DNA of 64,000 nucleotides from Ptychomitrium polyphyllum (taxonomy: Eukaryota): positions 15,810,001 to 15,874,000 of the forward strand of contig OZ316775.1 in the NCBI GenBank assembly GCA_973851085.1, in the 5' to 3' direction. Every line of letters starts with the position of its first letter. Positions within the stretch are counted from its first letter, which is position 1. Both the position numbers and the translations under genes were made by a program. The notes below the pieces were generated by a model. The model searched no databases. It had not been told where the DNA came from and saw nothing but the letters and a program-made list of their open reading frames with translations. Below are positions 1-13,481 of the stretch, one piece after another.

Positions 1-76
1 CAGAGTCCTGAACTCTCTCTCTCACATGCAGAAAACATTCACTGCAAGTGCCATTCTCTTTTATATCTTCAACCCT

Positions 77-680
77 TTCCACTGCAGATAGGAATGCCAA
101 TATTTTGAAACATTGTGTGAATTTCCAACATTTTGAAACCCACTGCAAACAATAACCTTATTTTCTCTCAAAACTTGATTTAGTTCTAAATTCTCAAGTG
201 AGTGCCCTAGCAAAAGGCCAAAAAACACCCCTTAAACTAGCACATTTATCATCCAAAAAACAACTAGTAACAATACCACCTAGTGAATGCACAATCACCC
301 AAATCCCATTAAACAATCACCCAAATCACATTCAACAATCACCATGCACCAAGTTCTATGTCCAGGGCATGATTTTCCTCCTAAATTAGTATCAATTTGC
401 GTCCCTTCCCATTAGCACCACTTCAAGATTCCATGTGCACCCAAACTTGACCCATCACCACTAAATCATCAAGCCTCTACTACCAATGATGAGAGTTTGG
501 TGGTCAATAGTGATGCATATGGTGGTTGCTGATCTTTTGGTAGCTAGTGGCTACCAACCTTTGATAATAATGGATTGTTCTATCTAGCATGGGCTTTTTT
601 TCAATCAAAAAATTCAAAATATGTTCATTTCAAAAGTTGACTTGTACATAATCAAGCTCAACCATAGTTGGATAATATCT
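77..680. repeat. Dispersed repeat, copy A (unexpanded, uninterrupted form of 12543-14125)
   Basis: Aligns by eye with 12543-14125 (TTCCAC[T/A]GCAGATAGGAATGCCAATATTTTGAAACATTGTGTG ... TAGCTAGTGGC ... AAGCTCAA). Has one 28-bp unit (103-130), one perfect 22-bp unit and the empty LTR site TTTGG at 536-540. Confidence 0.9.
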
Positions 681-3600
681 TTTCAAACTATGTAATATGT
701 CTATTAAAGATGCACACTAAAAATATACAAATATTCCACAATGTATACATATTAAGGCTTTATTGCCTATGATTTTATGTAGTGTGCATATTAATATAGT
801 ATATATATTAAGATCATACAGAACCATGTTTTGTACCCGAAAATGTAGTGACACTTACATGAGGTGTTATACCAAAATTAGCATTATTTTGCCATGTTTT
901 GCCATATACAGAATTGAATTATGAGTTTGAGTTTGAATCTGACTAAAAACATTAGTTGTTTGATAATTGGATCATGGATAATCACATTTTGGTTATATGA
1001 GACTTAAAAGTGTTAAAAGTGACCTTCTGTCCCAGATGAGCAGATAGAAGCATCCACACCCTGCTTGTTGGGCGATGAAGGAATTCTTCTCGATTCAGCT
1101 TTGTTCCAGAAATCTGGATCATGTTTATATTTTTCCTCATCACTGTTTAATATTCAACAGTACAGTACCCAGCTATAGTGAACGACTTTGACTATAGTAG
1201 GCTAATAGTAGTCACATGGGAGGTTCATCACTGATTGATTTAGTTAAAAGATGACAACTTTTTAATGAATTTATGAGCATTTGTTTTGTAAAATTATTTT
1301 GAACAAATGTTTAAATATTAGTCAAAGAAGTGACAAATTTGCTATGTGATCATGGCATCTTGTAAGAATATTGAGAAGATGCAATGCAAAATAAACAATA
1401 AATACTTGTGCTTTTGAGGGCTAAGAAAATGGTCATAATAACAATATAATACCTTGTGTAAAAAATGTTATTTTAATTGATTTGATCCAAACTTAACCAA
1501 ACTAAACTCTTTAGTTTTCTTTCATAATATGGACTACTAAAAATAAATCTCACATTCTTTGCATTTAATTAAGCATATTTAATTACTACAACAATTTGGT
1601 GATCTATGCATATGATTAATATGCATGATGGATGGTGACTAGAGAAATCTTGAGAGAGTTAGTATATGTACTAATTAATCAATTGAGTTGTATATTAAGC
1701 ACCAAATTGGACTATGCAAGGTATCTTCTAATTATATATGTTTGCATCAAAATTACTTTAAGTTTTGATCAATTTTTAAAATTTACAATGTGATTGGAAA
1801 TCAACCACTCCAATAATGTATGATTGCCATACTTCTTAAAGTCATATTTGATGCCAAAGAAATATTTGATGCCCAAAAGCTAAAGTAAGCATGATTAGGT
1901 CCACCATGATGAACTTTGTTAAGTTGAATCATAATATTTTGATAAAGAATGAGTTGATTATGAGTTTTGAAAGGATGTTCTTGCCAAAGTCTAAAAACCA
2001 CAAGTAGGTCAATTCATTAACCACAATTTAATTTATATACACTCACTTTGATTTCATCAAAAGAATATTATGGAGCAACCTCATGTCCATCACATGGTTC
2101 TTTTTTAAAATTTAGTTGAGATCTCATCTTCCTTTTCATTACCATCATTTCATGAATTCTTATGCATTCAATTGTAGCCCTATTACTACCACTGTTTCAC
2201 CAATTTCCTATCCCATTTTATCTTGTGATGGTTACTAAGCAGGTGTTTAATGATTCCTAGTTTTGTTGGAGATGCTGGATATGGGGAGGAGAAGGCGGCA
2301 ATAGGTCAGCATACTGAGCAAGTCCTAACAAGTCAGGCTGAGGCATTTAAGTTAATTATGGTTATGGCTGTGAATCCTCATCCAACAACTCACTCAGAGG
2401 TGCATGATGTAACTTGTCTCTATACTAATGTTTGTGACCATAGACATCAAAAAGTACTCATCGTCTTTAGTCCACCTGCTTAAATGTACACCTGGGGCTT
2501 TTGATCAGGTGATTTGATACTTGTCCTGACAAGAGTTAGTTGTTAATGTATTTAAAATTCAGGTGACCGGTATTTACAACAGTAAAGAACTGATTTCTTC
2601 CCCTTATGAATTAACTGCCAACCTCGGTGAGTCATACAGTTACCCCCAGTCAATTAAATTCCTGGAGTTTCCATTTTGTATTTTCACTTTGCCAGTACGT
2701 TGTTTGCATGTGTAAAGTTTATTGTGTCTCCACTTGAACAGCTTGGAAGTAAGGTAACTTTGGAGGCCCAGCTCATTTGGAACTGACTTACAGTGATGAG
2801 CCTTCATAACTTTCTATTATATGACTTTCTCTGTTCAGCTGAGTCTGTGAAGTTGTCACTGTGACAGTGACTCTACAAATTGTACACTGACTTAGTGAGC
2901 AACTACTTTGATACATGATGCTAATACTAACTTGATTTCTTTTCACATGTATAGTTTCAATTTCAAATAATCACTAATCTGGAGGAGAGGTTCCTATTCC
3001 ATTATCCTTACCACTACAGCTGTTGAAGGTTTTGTGAAGTTCTCTGGGAAATGCAGGTCATTATCAAATTGTGCCATATGATACAAACAAACCTTGCTCA
3101 ATCAATGTGCCACCCTTGAGCTAGTTCTTTGTTTGTGAGAATTCTCAGAGTTTTCCTTGCAGGGAATGTTGTAAATATAGTCACATGAGCATTCAAATAG
3201 AGTGTTCAAATGCCATGAGTGTTAAAAGTGCAGAAGGAAACATTCAAAGTGCATAAGTGAGCATTCAAATAGTGTGAATTCTGCTAGTGCTTTATGCAGT
3301 GAGACACCCTTAATTGTTGCACATCCGACTGTAACTTCCTTAGGATTTACCATTGCAATGTCATCTTGCTTAGTGACCTTGGATTGGGGCATTGCAATAT
3401 AACTTTTCTTTACTGGGCCAAATTCACTGTCTTCTGGTATAGTCTCCAACTTATTGTGCCATTTGTGCTGCCAGTGACACTTGATGCACCACTTGTGCTT
3501 GTGACATATCTTTGGTAATGAGCACAAATGGAAATTAAATCATACTTATATGGAAGAATGGAGATAACAAAAAAACATGGAGAATTGGAAGAATGGAAAT

Positions 3601-5172
3601 AACAAAAAAAACATGGAGAATTGGAAGAGTGGAAAAACTGGAAAGAATAAAGAATAAAAGAATAAAATATTTAGTGGCAATTAATATAGCGCTTAAGAAC
3701 CCTAATTATTTTTAAAAAGTAAAAGTTACATTTGTTTGTAAAAAAAAAAACGAATTCTCATGAGAGGCGGCATAGGTAACCCCAGTAGCATTCACTACAC
3801 AAACACCCATTGTTACCCTAGACATAACTTGTTGTCATTAAATGACATCACTAACTGTCAACCTTGGAGCATTAACTCTTACTCTGGGGTATGCTACATC
3901 ACTGCTACTTCATATTGCCTGGCATGACAGAAACACCCCTTCCCAAGTTACCAAACATCTCAAGTGAAACTGATATGTAGCATCTTTTTTTGGAGGAAGA
4001 GTATGAACTTTGGCAACTATGGCAACTTTACTGTACAGTAGAAGTATACAGTAAATTATTAGTATTGCCCTATAAGACCTCCTGTGCCAAGTAATTTTGC
4101 CTTTAAATTGGATCTACAACTGCTGGTTTGTCTGTGATGAATGAAACATTAACTTGGGTCTCATGTTGATTTGCAAAACGTCCGCATGGTTCAGCTGTCC
4201 CAAACATGATAGAATCTACAACCACAATTGTGTCCAGCATGCATGATTCAAGGATACTTTCTTATGTAAATAAACCCTTCATAGGTCTGTGACTAGATAT
4301 ATATACCTCAGTCAAGTGCCTACAGTATATTCTGACACAGTTAGGTGAAGGGTTCTACAACTCACTCTGTCCTGATCCGAACACAATTTAATAACAAAAA
4401 TTAGAGTAGTGTAGTTTCAGGTTGGCGTCATGCAGGCAAAGAGTGACCAAGAAACAATGTGATACCATAACCGTGATTTGATTCATCCAGTCTATGAATG
4501 ACAAACTTGTGCATTGAGCCTGCCTGCAGACTGACACCCAAACAGACCCCCATGATCAGCCTCACCAGAAACTGTAGAATGTCCCTGTTGAAATTCCATA
4601 CAATAGAGTTAATAAATCAATTCACACAAGGAACGCAGAGAAGAGAGGAGCCCGACAAGGGCTAACTTCACAAGGCAGCCTGGAGGCTCTGGGAGCTCTG
4701 CATTCTACAGGAATGATGGACATGACAATGATGACTCACATCATGATAACCTCCACAGCACTCATGTACCGACCCCGCTCTCGACCTGGGCTTCAATCTC
4801 TGGAATTTAAACAAAATACCCAAATCATCCATCCATTTCAAAACCATAGCTTGGTATTCAAAACCACTCATCTGCAACCAAACCCACAGGACTCACACGA
4901 GACTAGGAAAACCAGAGGAGTGGAACCTAAAGCTAGATGATTGACAGCAGACGAGATAGTGCACTGGCAAACTTGAGCTCGCACGCGTGACGACTGATGG
5001 AGCGCGACAGTACAACGTAGCACTTAGTCATAGCTTTGAGAGGGAGCAGATCAGGCATTATCACGCGCTCCTGCAGTGGGGGTCATGGCAATGGCGCTGC
5101 AGCACCTCGAGTGGTAGAAAAGAGGAGCATTCTCATTACAGCTACGGGAGAGGAGAGGAGTAGGAGTCGAAC

Positions 5173-8100
5173 ATGGCAGTGGTGTCGCGTCCGCCTGCAG
5201 CTGGGCAATTGCAGCACCGGAAGACGCAGCCAGCGCGAACGGGGCGAGTGTTGACGTACGGGGAGGGAGGAGGTAGGGATGGAGGGGTGGATGGGTTGCA
5301 TCATAAGGAGTGGAACGCGAGGGCCCAGGGCGGTAGTGGGCGGAGTGGTGGCGGGATGTCGAGGTCGGGGAGGAGTAGTAGTGTGGATCATGGCGTGGTA
5401 TACCGTGGCGATGAGTTTGGGGGTTCTGGGTTGAGGAGCTGGTGTGGGGGGTGCATGACGAGGTCGGGAGCAGTGTCGCCGCCGCCGAGGGGTGGACGTG
5501 AGAGGGGGAGGAAAGGGGGAGGCCAGAAGCTGGGGCGAGGCGAGGGGAAGGCGAGTGGCGACATTGGATCGCTCGTGAAGAGCTTCAGCGGGAGCTTGGA
5601 GAGGAGTGGGTCGACGCCGGGAAGCTCCCCCGCGTTTCGGCCGCGGTTGTCCCCGGGGAAGGTGTCGCCCTTGGTGGAGGTCGTGCCGCCAGCAGCTCAT
5701 GCACCGGCTGTGCAGCAGCGGGAACAGGGGCAGCAAGCAATGGCACCTGCTGTGTTCTCGATGACCAATTATGTGTCGATGGCGGGGAAGATGAACTCGA
5801 GCGGTGCTGGCTCTGGGGTGTCGAGCTCACCGCCTGTGGAGAAGATCAAAGCGTCCCCGACTCTGTTTGAGATGATGACGCACGAGCAAGAGTTGCAGGG
5901 CGTGAAGGCTGTGCATGCTCTGTCACTAAGCCAACAGCTCACGTTTCAGGAGAAAATGAAGTTCATTCTCGCAGGTAGGATGAAATAATTTCTTATGTTG
6001 ACTTACATGCATTCGCTCGTGATCTTGTCAATTCTCGCCGCTTCACCGATTTTCCAACCCAGCAACTTCTTGCGTCGACAACAGGACATCAGTAATTTTA
6101 AAACCGCTTCTTCGGCCATGGCGCAAACTAAAAATTTACCTTCTGAAGTGAAGCTGTTCAGTGAAGTTCTACCTGCGTGTAGAGTGAGGTTGACGTGGTT
6201 CGGCAGGGCTTCGAGTGTCATACAGGCGTGACACACCCTGATAGAGTGCACATTGTCGCATGGAGTTGAAAATTAGGTTCCATGAAAGTTCCAGGCACTC
6301 GGTTATATTTGTTCTTAACGAATAAGTGTATTTTGTTTCAGCTTATGGGTAACCCTCCTGCAACGTGCAGTAGGAAATGTAGCGTCAACTGTGAGTAACA
6401 CTTCGGACTAATTTCCGGGGTTAGAGAGGCTATGGCGTTTCTGAGTAAACATGTTGGAATATTGCGATTACACATAAGTATTCATAATCTTCATACGTAA
6501 TTTTTTCCCCAAAACTTCTGAGGCTGTGACCAGCCTGCTCTCAACGTTGTAGGCAAATGGTTGGTTCAGCTACGTCTCTGGCTTATAGGAAGTTGTGTAC
6601 GTTAGAGCTGTCTATCATGGTAAGAAAATATTTGTCTGAAGATGGAATCTGATGCTACACCTAAGTAGTGTTTGACATGGTGTGCAAGTTTCTGCTGATA
6701 ATGGACAGGAACCAGCCCTGGTAATCAGTTCAACGACACGACCACCAGCGACTTGAAACTGACGCTTAACAACCGGGAAGGCTACAACGTCACAGTGAAT
6801 GTCCATCGCCACATTTTGATTACTCATAGCAGGTTCTTTGCAGCCAAGCTATCAGACAGATGGTCGAAGCAGCAACGGACGAATCCCAACCTCATTGAAA
6901 TCACCGACATTGATGATGTTGAAATATATCTTGAGACACTGCGGCTCATGTACTGTGAGGATGTCAAGCGCAGTCTTATGAAGGAAAATGTGTCTCGTAT
7001 TCTTGCCATTCTCAAGGTATGTTAGGCTTGAATATCAGCTCAAACTGTCTATGTCTCTACGACAGCGAGGTTGGTTTTGTGCTCGATGACCATAACCGTT
7101 TGTTAACCGGCTAGGAATGCCATTTTCATGTGTGATATGTTCAGCTTTCAGCGCACATCATGTTCGAGGGCGGTGTGTTTGCATGTCTGGAGTACCTGGA
7201 GGCTGTGCCGTGGGCTGATGACGAAGAAGAGAAGGTAACGGCACTTATGGGGCAATTGCAGCTGGAGACTGTGGGTGTTGCAGCAGATGTGATGAAGCGG
7301 TGCTCTGCACTTGAGGGCTCCAATTCTGAGGACGTCCTAGTTCGGCTTTTGCATTCTGTCACCAAAGGTTAGCCCACGACACCAAGAAACGTTTTTGGTA
7401 TATCTACTAATTCATGTAGACTTGTGTCGGGAATTATTTCAACTATCTCAGCCAGAATTGGTTAGTCCAAAAGTTCAATTATATGTTTACAGTCTGTAGG
7501 TTACATATACTTGCGACCAGCTTATTAATTTTTTTATTTCCCTTTCTTCCCCCAGGTACTGACGACAAGGCTCGGAGAGAAATGAAATCTCTTGTTTCTA
7601 GAATGCTTCGAGAGAATATGTCGCAAAACAAAAACACCGTAGATGTGAGCAAAGATAGCTTGTACCGCGCCTGCCATGGTTGTCTCGACTCTCTGCTGCA
7701 TCTTTTCATGCAGGTCTGCCACCTATACCAGCTAAATTTTCTCGTCTCATTCATGCACATGTTAATCCCACACTCCATTATTGAATGCTAAATTGGATTA
7801 ACTGAAAGATTGGAGGATGCTCAAATTGATGGATATAACATTACTTTGAACATAAAATTGCAGTCTAAAGGTGGTGACGACAGAGGAAAGCTGGTCGAGA
7901 TTTCTCGACAAGCCGACAATCTGCATTGGCTGGTGGACATTTTGATAGACCGGCGAATTGCAGATGATTTTGTGCGCATGTGGGCTCATCAAGCGGAGCT
8001 TGCTAGCTTACATGCTCAGGTGCCCGTGATGTTTCGGTATGAAGTGAGCCGTCTCACAGCCCGTCTTTGCATAGCAATCGGGAAGGGCCAGGCGAGACTC

Positions 8101-8723
8101 AATACTCTTTGCATACCTTGTGCTTGTACAAATATTTTGGCACGAATTAGACAAATAAGGTCATCTAAAAGTTGAATGCAAAATACACACTACATCTGAC
8201 AAATTCCAGAACACTTTTGTAACGCATTTTCTTAACATTTTGTAACACTTTTTTCTCAACACGTTAATATCGTATTTGTAGTAGAATACCTTTCAGTATT
8301 TTCCATCCTTTTGAAAAAGTAGTTATAATATGTTTATACGAGTCTCTCTTGATTTCTAACTGAGCTCGACCAAAAGGTCTGACCATATTTATGCACAACG
8401 ATGGATCACAGGTTCTATCTCCCAAGGATGTGAGGTTTCTACTGCTCTCAACATGGCTGCAGCCCCTGGTGGATGACTTTGCTTGGATGCAAAGGTGCTG
8501 CCGCAACTTGGACAAGAAGGTGGTGGAGGAAGGAATCAGCCAAACTATCCTCACTCTCCCATTGAAGCAACAGCAGGCCATCTTGCTCTCGTGGTTCGAC
8601 CGATTCTCCAGCTCTGGCGATGATTGTCCCAATTTGCAGAAAGCTTTTGAGGTCTGGTGGCGGAGAACCTTCACCCGTCCATGTACTACTATTGAAGATG
8701 TCGACCTTCAATCTTCATTTTAG
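5173..8723 (+). CDS. BTB/POZ domain protein of the At1g63850/At5g60050-like family; exons 5173-5974, 6709-7016, 7145-7367, 7556-7713, 7864-8091, 8412-8723
   Basis: Spliced translation gives family motifs [123 protein letters not shown] junctions keep frame; the last intron is GC-AG. The start codon and the exon-5 acceptor are less certain. Confidence 0.88.
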
Positions 8724-11700
8724 ACCTCCCTTAAATTTCAAAGCAATATTGGGGCAACTTCTTCTGTAGAAAGGTGAACACTGCAACCTTGAAGCTGGCC
8801 AACACATCAATGTGCGTCGACACATATCAAGAATGGATTCATCTAGATACAGTGTGAGTGGGAATCCGAATTGGCATATCATAAATTGTTAAACACAAAA
8901 CACTCAGATTTTCTCAGAAGCATGCATGTCCCAGAGCTGATGGTCGCTGCAGACTTCGAAATCTTCCAAGTCCTGGGTTATTCAGGTTCTGAAAGCTGAG
9001 GGAAGAATTAATCAAACATCAATTTGGAAGTTGGCAAATATTTAATGTTAGGTGAGTGGATTTTGTGGTCCATGGGCAGATGCTGGAGCATTGTGAGAGC
9101 TGAAGATTAGTCATGGGCCCTACTGGTAACGCTGTCAAGTGTCTTTGAGGCTGATCTAGATTATTCTATTCAAGTAACTCAGAGGAAGAGAGAAAGTCTG
9201 TGTTCGGCTTTGGATACACTGTCTCTGCTGGGGACTGATGCTTAGGTTATCAGTCTAGCACTTCTGGTGCTGAACACCGTTAAAATTCGGAATATACTGG
9301 GGTAAATTTAAATTGTGTGACGTATTAATTAACCATGAGCCTTTGTATTTCTAGTAAGGCTAGAGGTGGCTAGTGCTGGTGAACGTTCACGCTTTGTAGC
9401 GGACTTCTCCCAGTGAGGAGCTGAATTGTACAACTATGGATGGACACTCCAAAGGTGACCAGCTTACTGAAGGTGTGCGTAGTAGAATCGAAAAGAGCGA
9501 TGTATCAATTGTGTATAAATAAACTTTAATAACTTCTTGTTCTATAATGAGACATCTGAGTCATAAGATAGCTAAGGATGGGAGGTATGGTAAATCATGT
9601 CAGATAAACAATATGTCCATCATAAATTGCATTTGATGTTAAATACAGTAATCCACTATAAGAATTTATATACTCCATATGATTTTGAAATGATTTCTAT
9701 TTAAGTATATTATATATTTTTCAAAAAGTTAAGATTAGTTTTTCCTTATATGTTCATATTTGTTATATTGAGACATAATGCATATTTTGAGACTCCTATC
9801 TTTAGACTTGTGGGTTCCAAAATGTCATTAATTGAGATTCTAAAGTGTCTTAGTTTAATGAATATGGTGTTTTGTTTTTTTTACTATGTTGATATGTTTC
9901 TCAAATTTGAACATGGCACTGTGAATATAATTGAACTTTCTAGTTTTGTTTGCTTTGTTTGTTAAATTTTGTAATTTATTTTTTACAATATACATGAATA
10001 AAGATTGCAAATTTGAATAGATGATTAAATCAATATTTGAAACAAACAATAAATTCAATCCTTTTATTGATTATGAAAAACGTTCAACAATACATCTATA
10101 CAATAGTAAGTTTTAAAAGACATACTTATTAAATGTTTATCAAAATTGGAATCATGAATGTTAATTTTGGTTGTTATTGTTGAAAGAATTTAGATGCAAT
10201 TCATTGGAAGCAAAGAAAAAATGAGATTATGGATTTAATCATTTATTCAAATTTATATGTGAGAATAAATATTACAATACATCATTTTATATCTCACATC
10301 TATAATATATAATAGATTGCCATTTATTTGTAAACTACAATTGAAAGAATCTTCTATAAATTGTTCATTATATTAGTTCACTGATAATTAATATATCATT
10401 ATGGTGATTAATGCTTCAAGATTGTATACATCTAAATTGATATGTAGAAATCATACATATAACAATTTATAATACATAATTGTTAACAATGGTTCATGAA
10501 TGGTAGATAAAAGTAATAAATTATGAACCATTTATTGAATATAAATTCAAAGGTGTCATATATAAGATGTTTATTATAGTAGATTTGGTAGTAATACATA
10601 ATATACTTTAGCAATCAGTTCATGACATAAAACATATGTAAATTATTTGATAAATGAAAACAGATATAGAAATCAATGTAGGGCAAGTTATTGATGCAAG
10701 ACAAATATAGACTTGTTTAGATTTTGGTTTCTTAAACTAATATACCTTTGTGTTTAATTTCATTTATCAACCAAGTAATAACTACATGCAAAAGCTTGCT
10801 TATATAGGCATGTTCTTATCATGGTATCAAATTTATATTATAACTATTTTTTAAGGAAAATATTTAACTAATTCTACAATTTTTTGTATTTTCACATGTC
10901 ATATTATTTCAATATCAGTTTTTAAAGATACTCATTCAAGATTAATATAAATGTCATAGTCAAGTTATTCAATGTAATAATTCACTTGTAATAATTATTT
11001 AATGAAGCGTGCTTTTAAATGATTATTATTGACCTTTTTCAATTAGTTGTTTCTTCTAACTTAATCTTATCGGTTGCTATTACATTAATTGAATCTATGT
11101 CACTATTCAAAGGTCTCAATCAATTACCATTTCTTTCAAAGAAATGTTGTTTCTGAGCCAGCCTACAATTTTGAAAATTTTGCCATATATTAAATAGCCT
11201 TCCAAAAAAATGTACATGAGCTGAATTCTCATTTTGAGGCATAGCATACCATTATAACCCTCACACCACTCAAAATCTCGTGATGCTAATGTTGCATCAA
11301 ACCTCATAGCATACATGCCATCTGAATCTTGTGCTGTTATCACTGCATCGCACTTTACAGTATTGTGCCTTGTGCTGTATATTTATAAAACACTGGAATC
11401 AAACCTTGTGATGCAAGTTATGAAGGCTGCAACAAACACTGCTATTCAACATGCAAAACCCATCAACCATACAATTGTATTCAGATTGGGTGTCCTTCTT
11501 TCAAGCAGTGCAATAAAATTTATTCTTATTGCTAGATGTCAAGTTTTTAGAGATGCATCCTTCTTAATCACATGTAGTAGATAAGCTGAACATTGACACA
11601 TGAGTGGTATAGTTGTGTGGCAATACAGATTCACACCACAGGGTTTGGCTCAATGAATGCCAAGCAAACCAGCAGGGAGATAAGTATGTAAGATTCCTCA

Positions 11701-12568
11701 CCATGTCCAAGTCTTCAGTGTCTTGGTGCCGTCCAGTCAATTGACATTGACAGGTGACAGGAATCATGCCCATTTTGCCAGGTCTTTGCCATCCTGCACT
11801 GCATGGCTTTAATGTGAAAGCACAAGCCTTATATTCACACAGAGTATCTTAGTGCATGTATGTCTGCACTGTGGAGTGCCCATTCTCCACACTGCATTTC
11901 TTTCTGGTATAAGTTAGTTGTTAGATTTGATAAGAAGGTTATGCAGTACTCTGCTTGCATGTCAAGCAACTATTGTTTGCCATCTTCAGTGGTTGGATGC
12001 CCAACCAAGGAAGATGCCATGAGAATAACTAGTCATGCACATGGCCCTGGTGATTCCAAAGACATTGTTGAAAGCCTTGAACAAACCAGCAGGGACCAGG
12101 ATTAGACCACAATCTTGGCTGCTATCAACAAATTATAGTAACCTTAATCAGTCCCTTATGAGCTTATTGAGACAAAGCAGCACTAAGTACACAGAAGTGA
12201 GCAATATATGCTATACTCAGCTAAAAGCTTCCCAAAAAGCTCTAGCATTGGTGTCTTAACATAACATTTGTTGTTACAACTTCTGTTATTTAATGTAGAT
12301 GAAAATCTTCTTAGAATTCATGAATGGGGGAACTGCTTGTTACTGAAAAAGAGTAATTTTTACAAAAGGCCAAAATGGTGGAGTAACCTACAGGAAGAAC
12401 TTCTGGACTGCTGGACCTGAATGGACAACAATAGACTGGAAGCCAACCCAGATGCACTGGAAACTTGGTGTGCAGGTCCTGGGCACAAGGGCCGGCTTTT
12501 GAAGGTCTAGGTGCAAACTCCATATAAGATGGAACAGCCCAGTTCCACAGCAGATAGGAATGCCAATA

Positions 12569-12997
12569 TTTTGAAACATTGTGTGAATTTCCAACATTTT
12601 GAAACATTGTGTGAATTTCCAACATTTTGAAACATTGTGTGAATTTCCAACATTTTGAAACATTGTGTGAATTTCCAACATTTTGAAACATTGTGTGAAT
12701 TTCCAACATTTTGAAACATTGTGTGAATTTCCAACATTTTGAAACATTGTGTGAATTTCCAACATTTTGAAACATTGTGTGAATTTCCAACATTTTGAAA
12801 CATTGTGTGAATTTCCAACATTTTGAAACATTGTGTGAATTTCCAACATTTTGAAACATTGTGTGAATTTCCAACATTTTGAAACATTGTGTGAATTTCC
12901 AACATTTTGAAACATTGTGTGAATTTCCAACATTTTGAAACATTGTGTGAATTTCCAACATTTTGAAACATTGTGTAAATTTCCAACATTTTGAAAC
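12569..12997. repeat. 28-bp minisatellite (TTTTGAAACATTGTGTGAATTTCCAACA), 15 units plus 9 bp
   Basis: Head-to-tail units with no spacers; only the last full unit (12961-12988) has a G>A variant. Confidence 0.97.
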
Positions 12998-13144
12998 CCA
13001 CTGAATAACCTTATTTTCTCTCAAAACTTGATTTAGTTCTAAATTCTCAAGTGAGTGCCCTAGCAAAAGGCCAAAAAACACCCCTTAAACTAGCGCATTA
13101 ATCATCCAAAAAACAACTAGTAATAATACCACCTAGTGAATGTA

Positions 13145-13284
13145 CAATCACCCAAATCCCATTAAACAATCACCCAAATCCCATTAAACAATCACCCAAA
13201 TCCCATTAAACAATCACCCAAATCCCATTAAACAATCACCCAAATCCCATTAAACAATCACCCAAATCACATTCAACAATCACC
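13145..13284. repeat. 22-bp minisatellite (CAATCACCCAAATCCCATTAAA), 5 perfect units plus 1 variant
   Basis: Units start at 13145, 13167, 13189, 13211, 13233 and 13255 (variant). Confidence 0.95.
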
Positions 13285-13481
13285 ATGCACCAAGTTCTAT
13301 GTCCAGGGCATGATTTTCCTCCTAAATTAGTATCAATTTGCATCCCTTCCCATTAGCACCACTTCAAGATTCCATGTGCACCCAAACTTGACCCATCACC
13401 ACTAAATCATCAAGCCTCTACTACCAATGATGAGAATTTGGTGGTTAATAGTGATGCATATGGTGGTTGCTAATCTTTTGG

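Noticed and set aside
3551..3667. Short ~36-bp duplication and AAAGAAT repeats
   Set aside because: Ordinary low-complexity slippage.
5083..5830. Antisense ORFs (217 aa, 81 aa)
   Set aside because: Shadow ORFs of the GC-rich first exon of the BTB gene.
12569..12997. 28-bp repeat array resembling CRISPR repeats in length
   Set aside because: No spacers, no cas genes, eukaryotic context; it is a head-to-tail minisatellite.
12311..13081. Three long minus-strand ORFs (164-256 aa)
   Set aside because: Artefacts of a stop-free 28-bp unit cycling through all frames.
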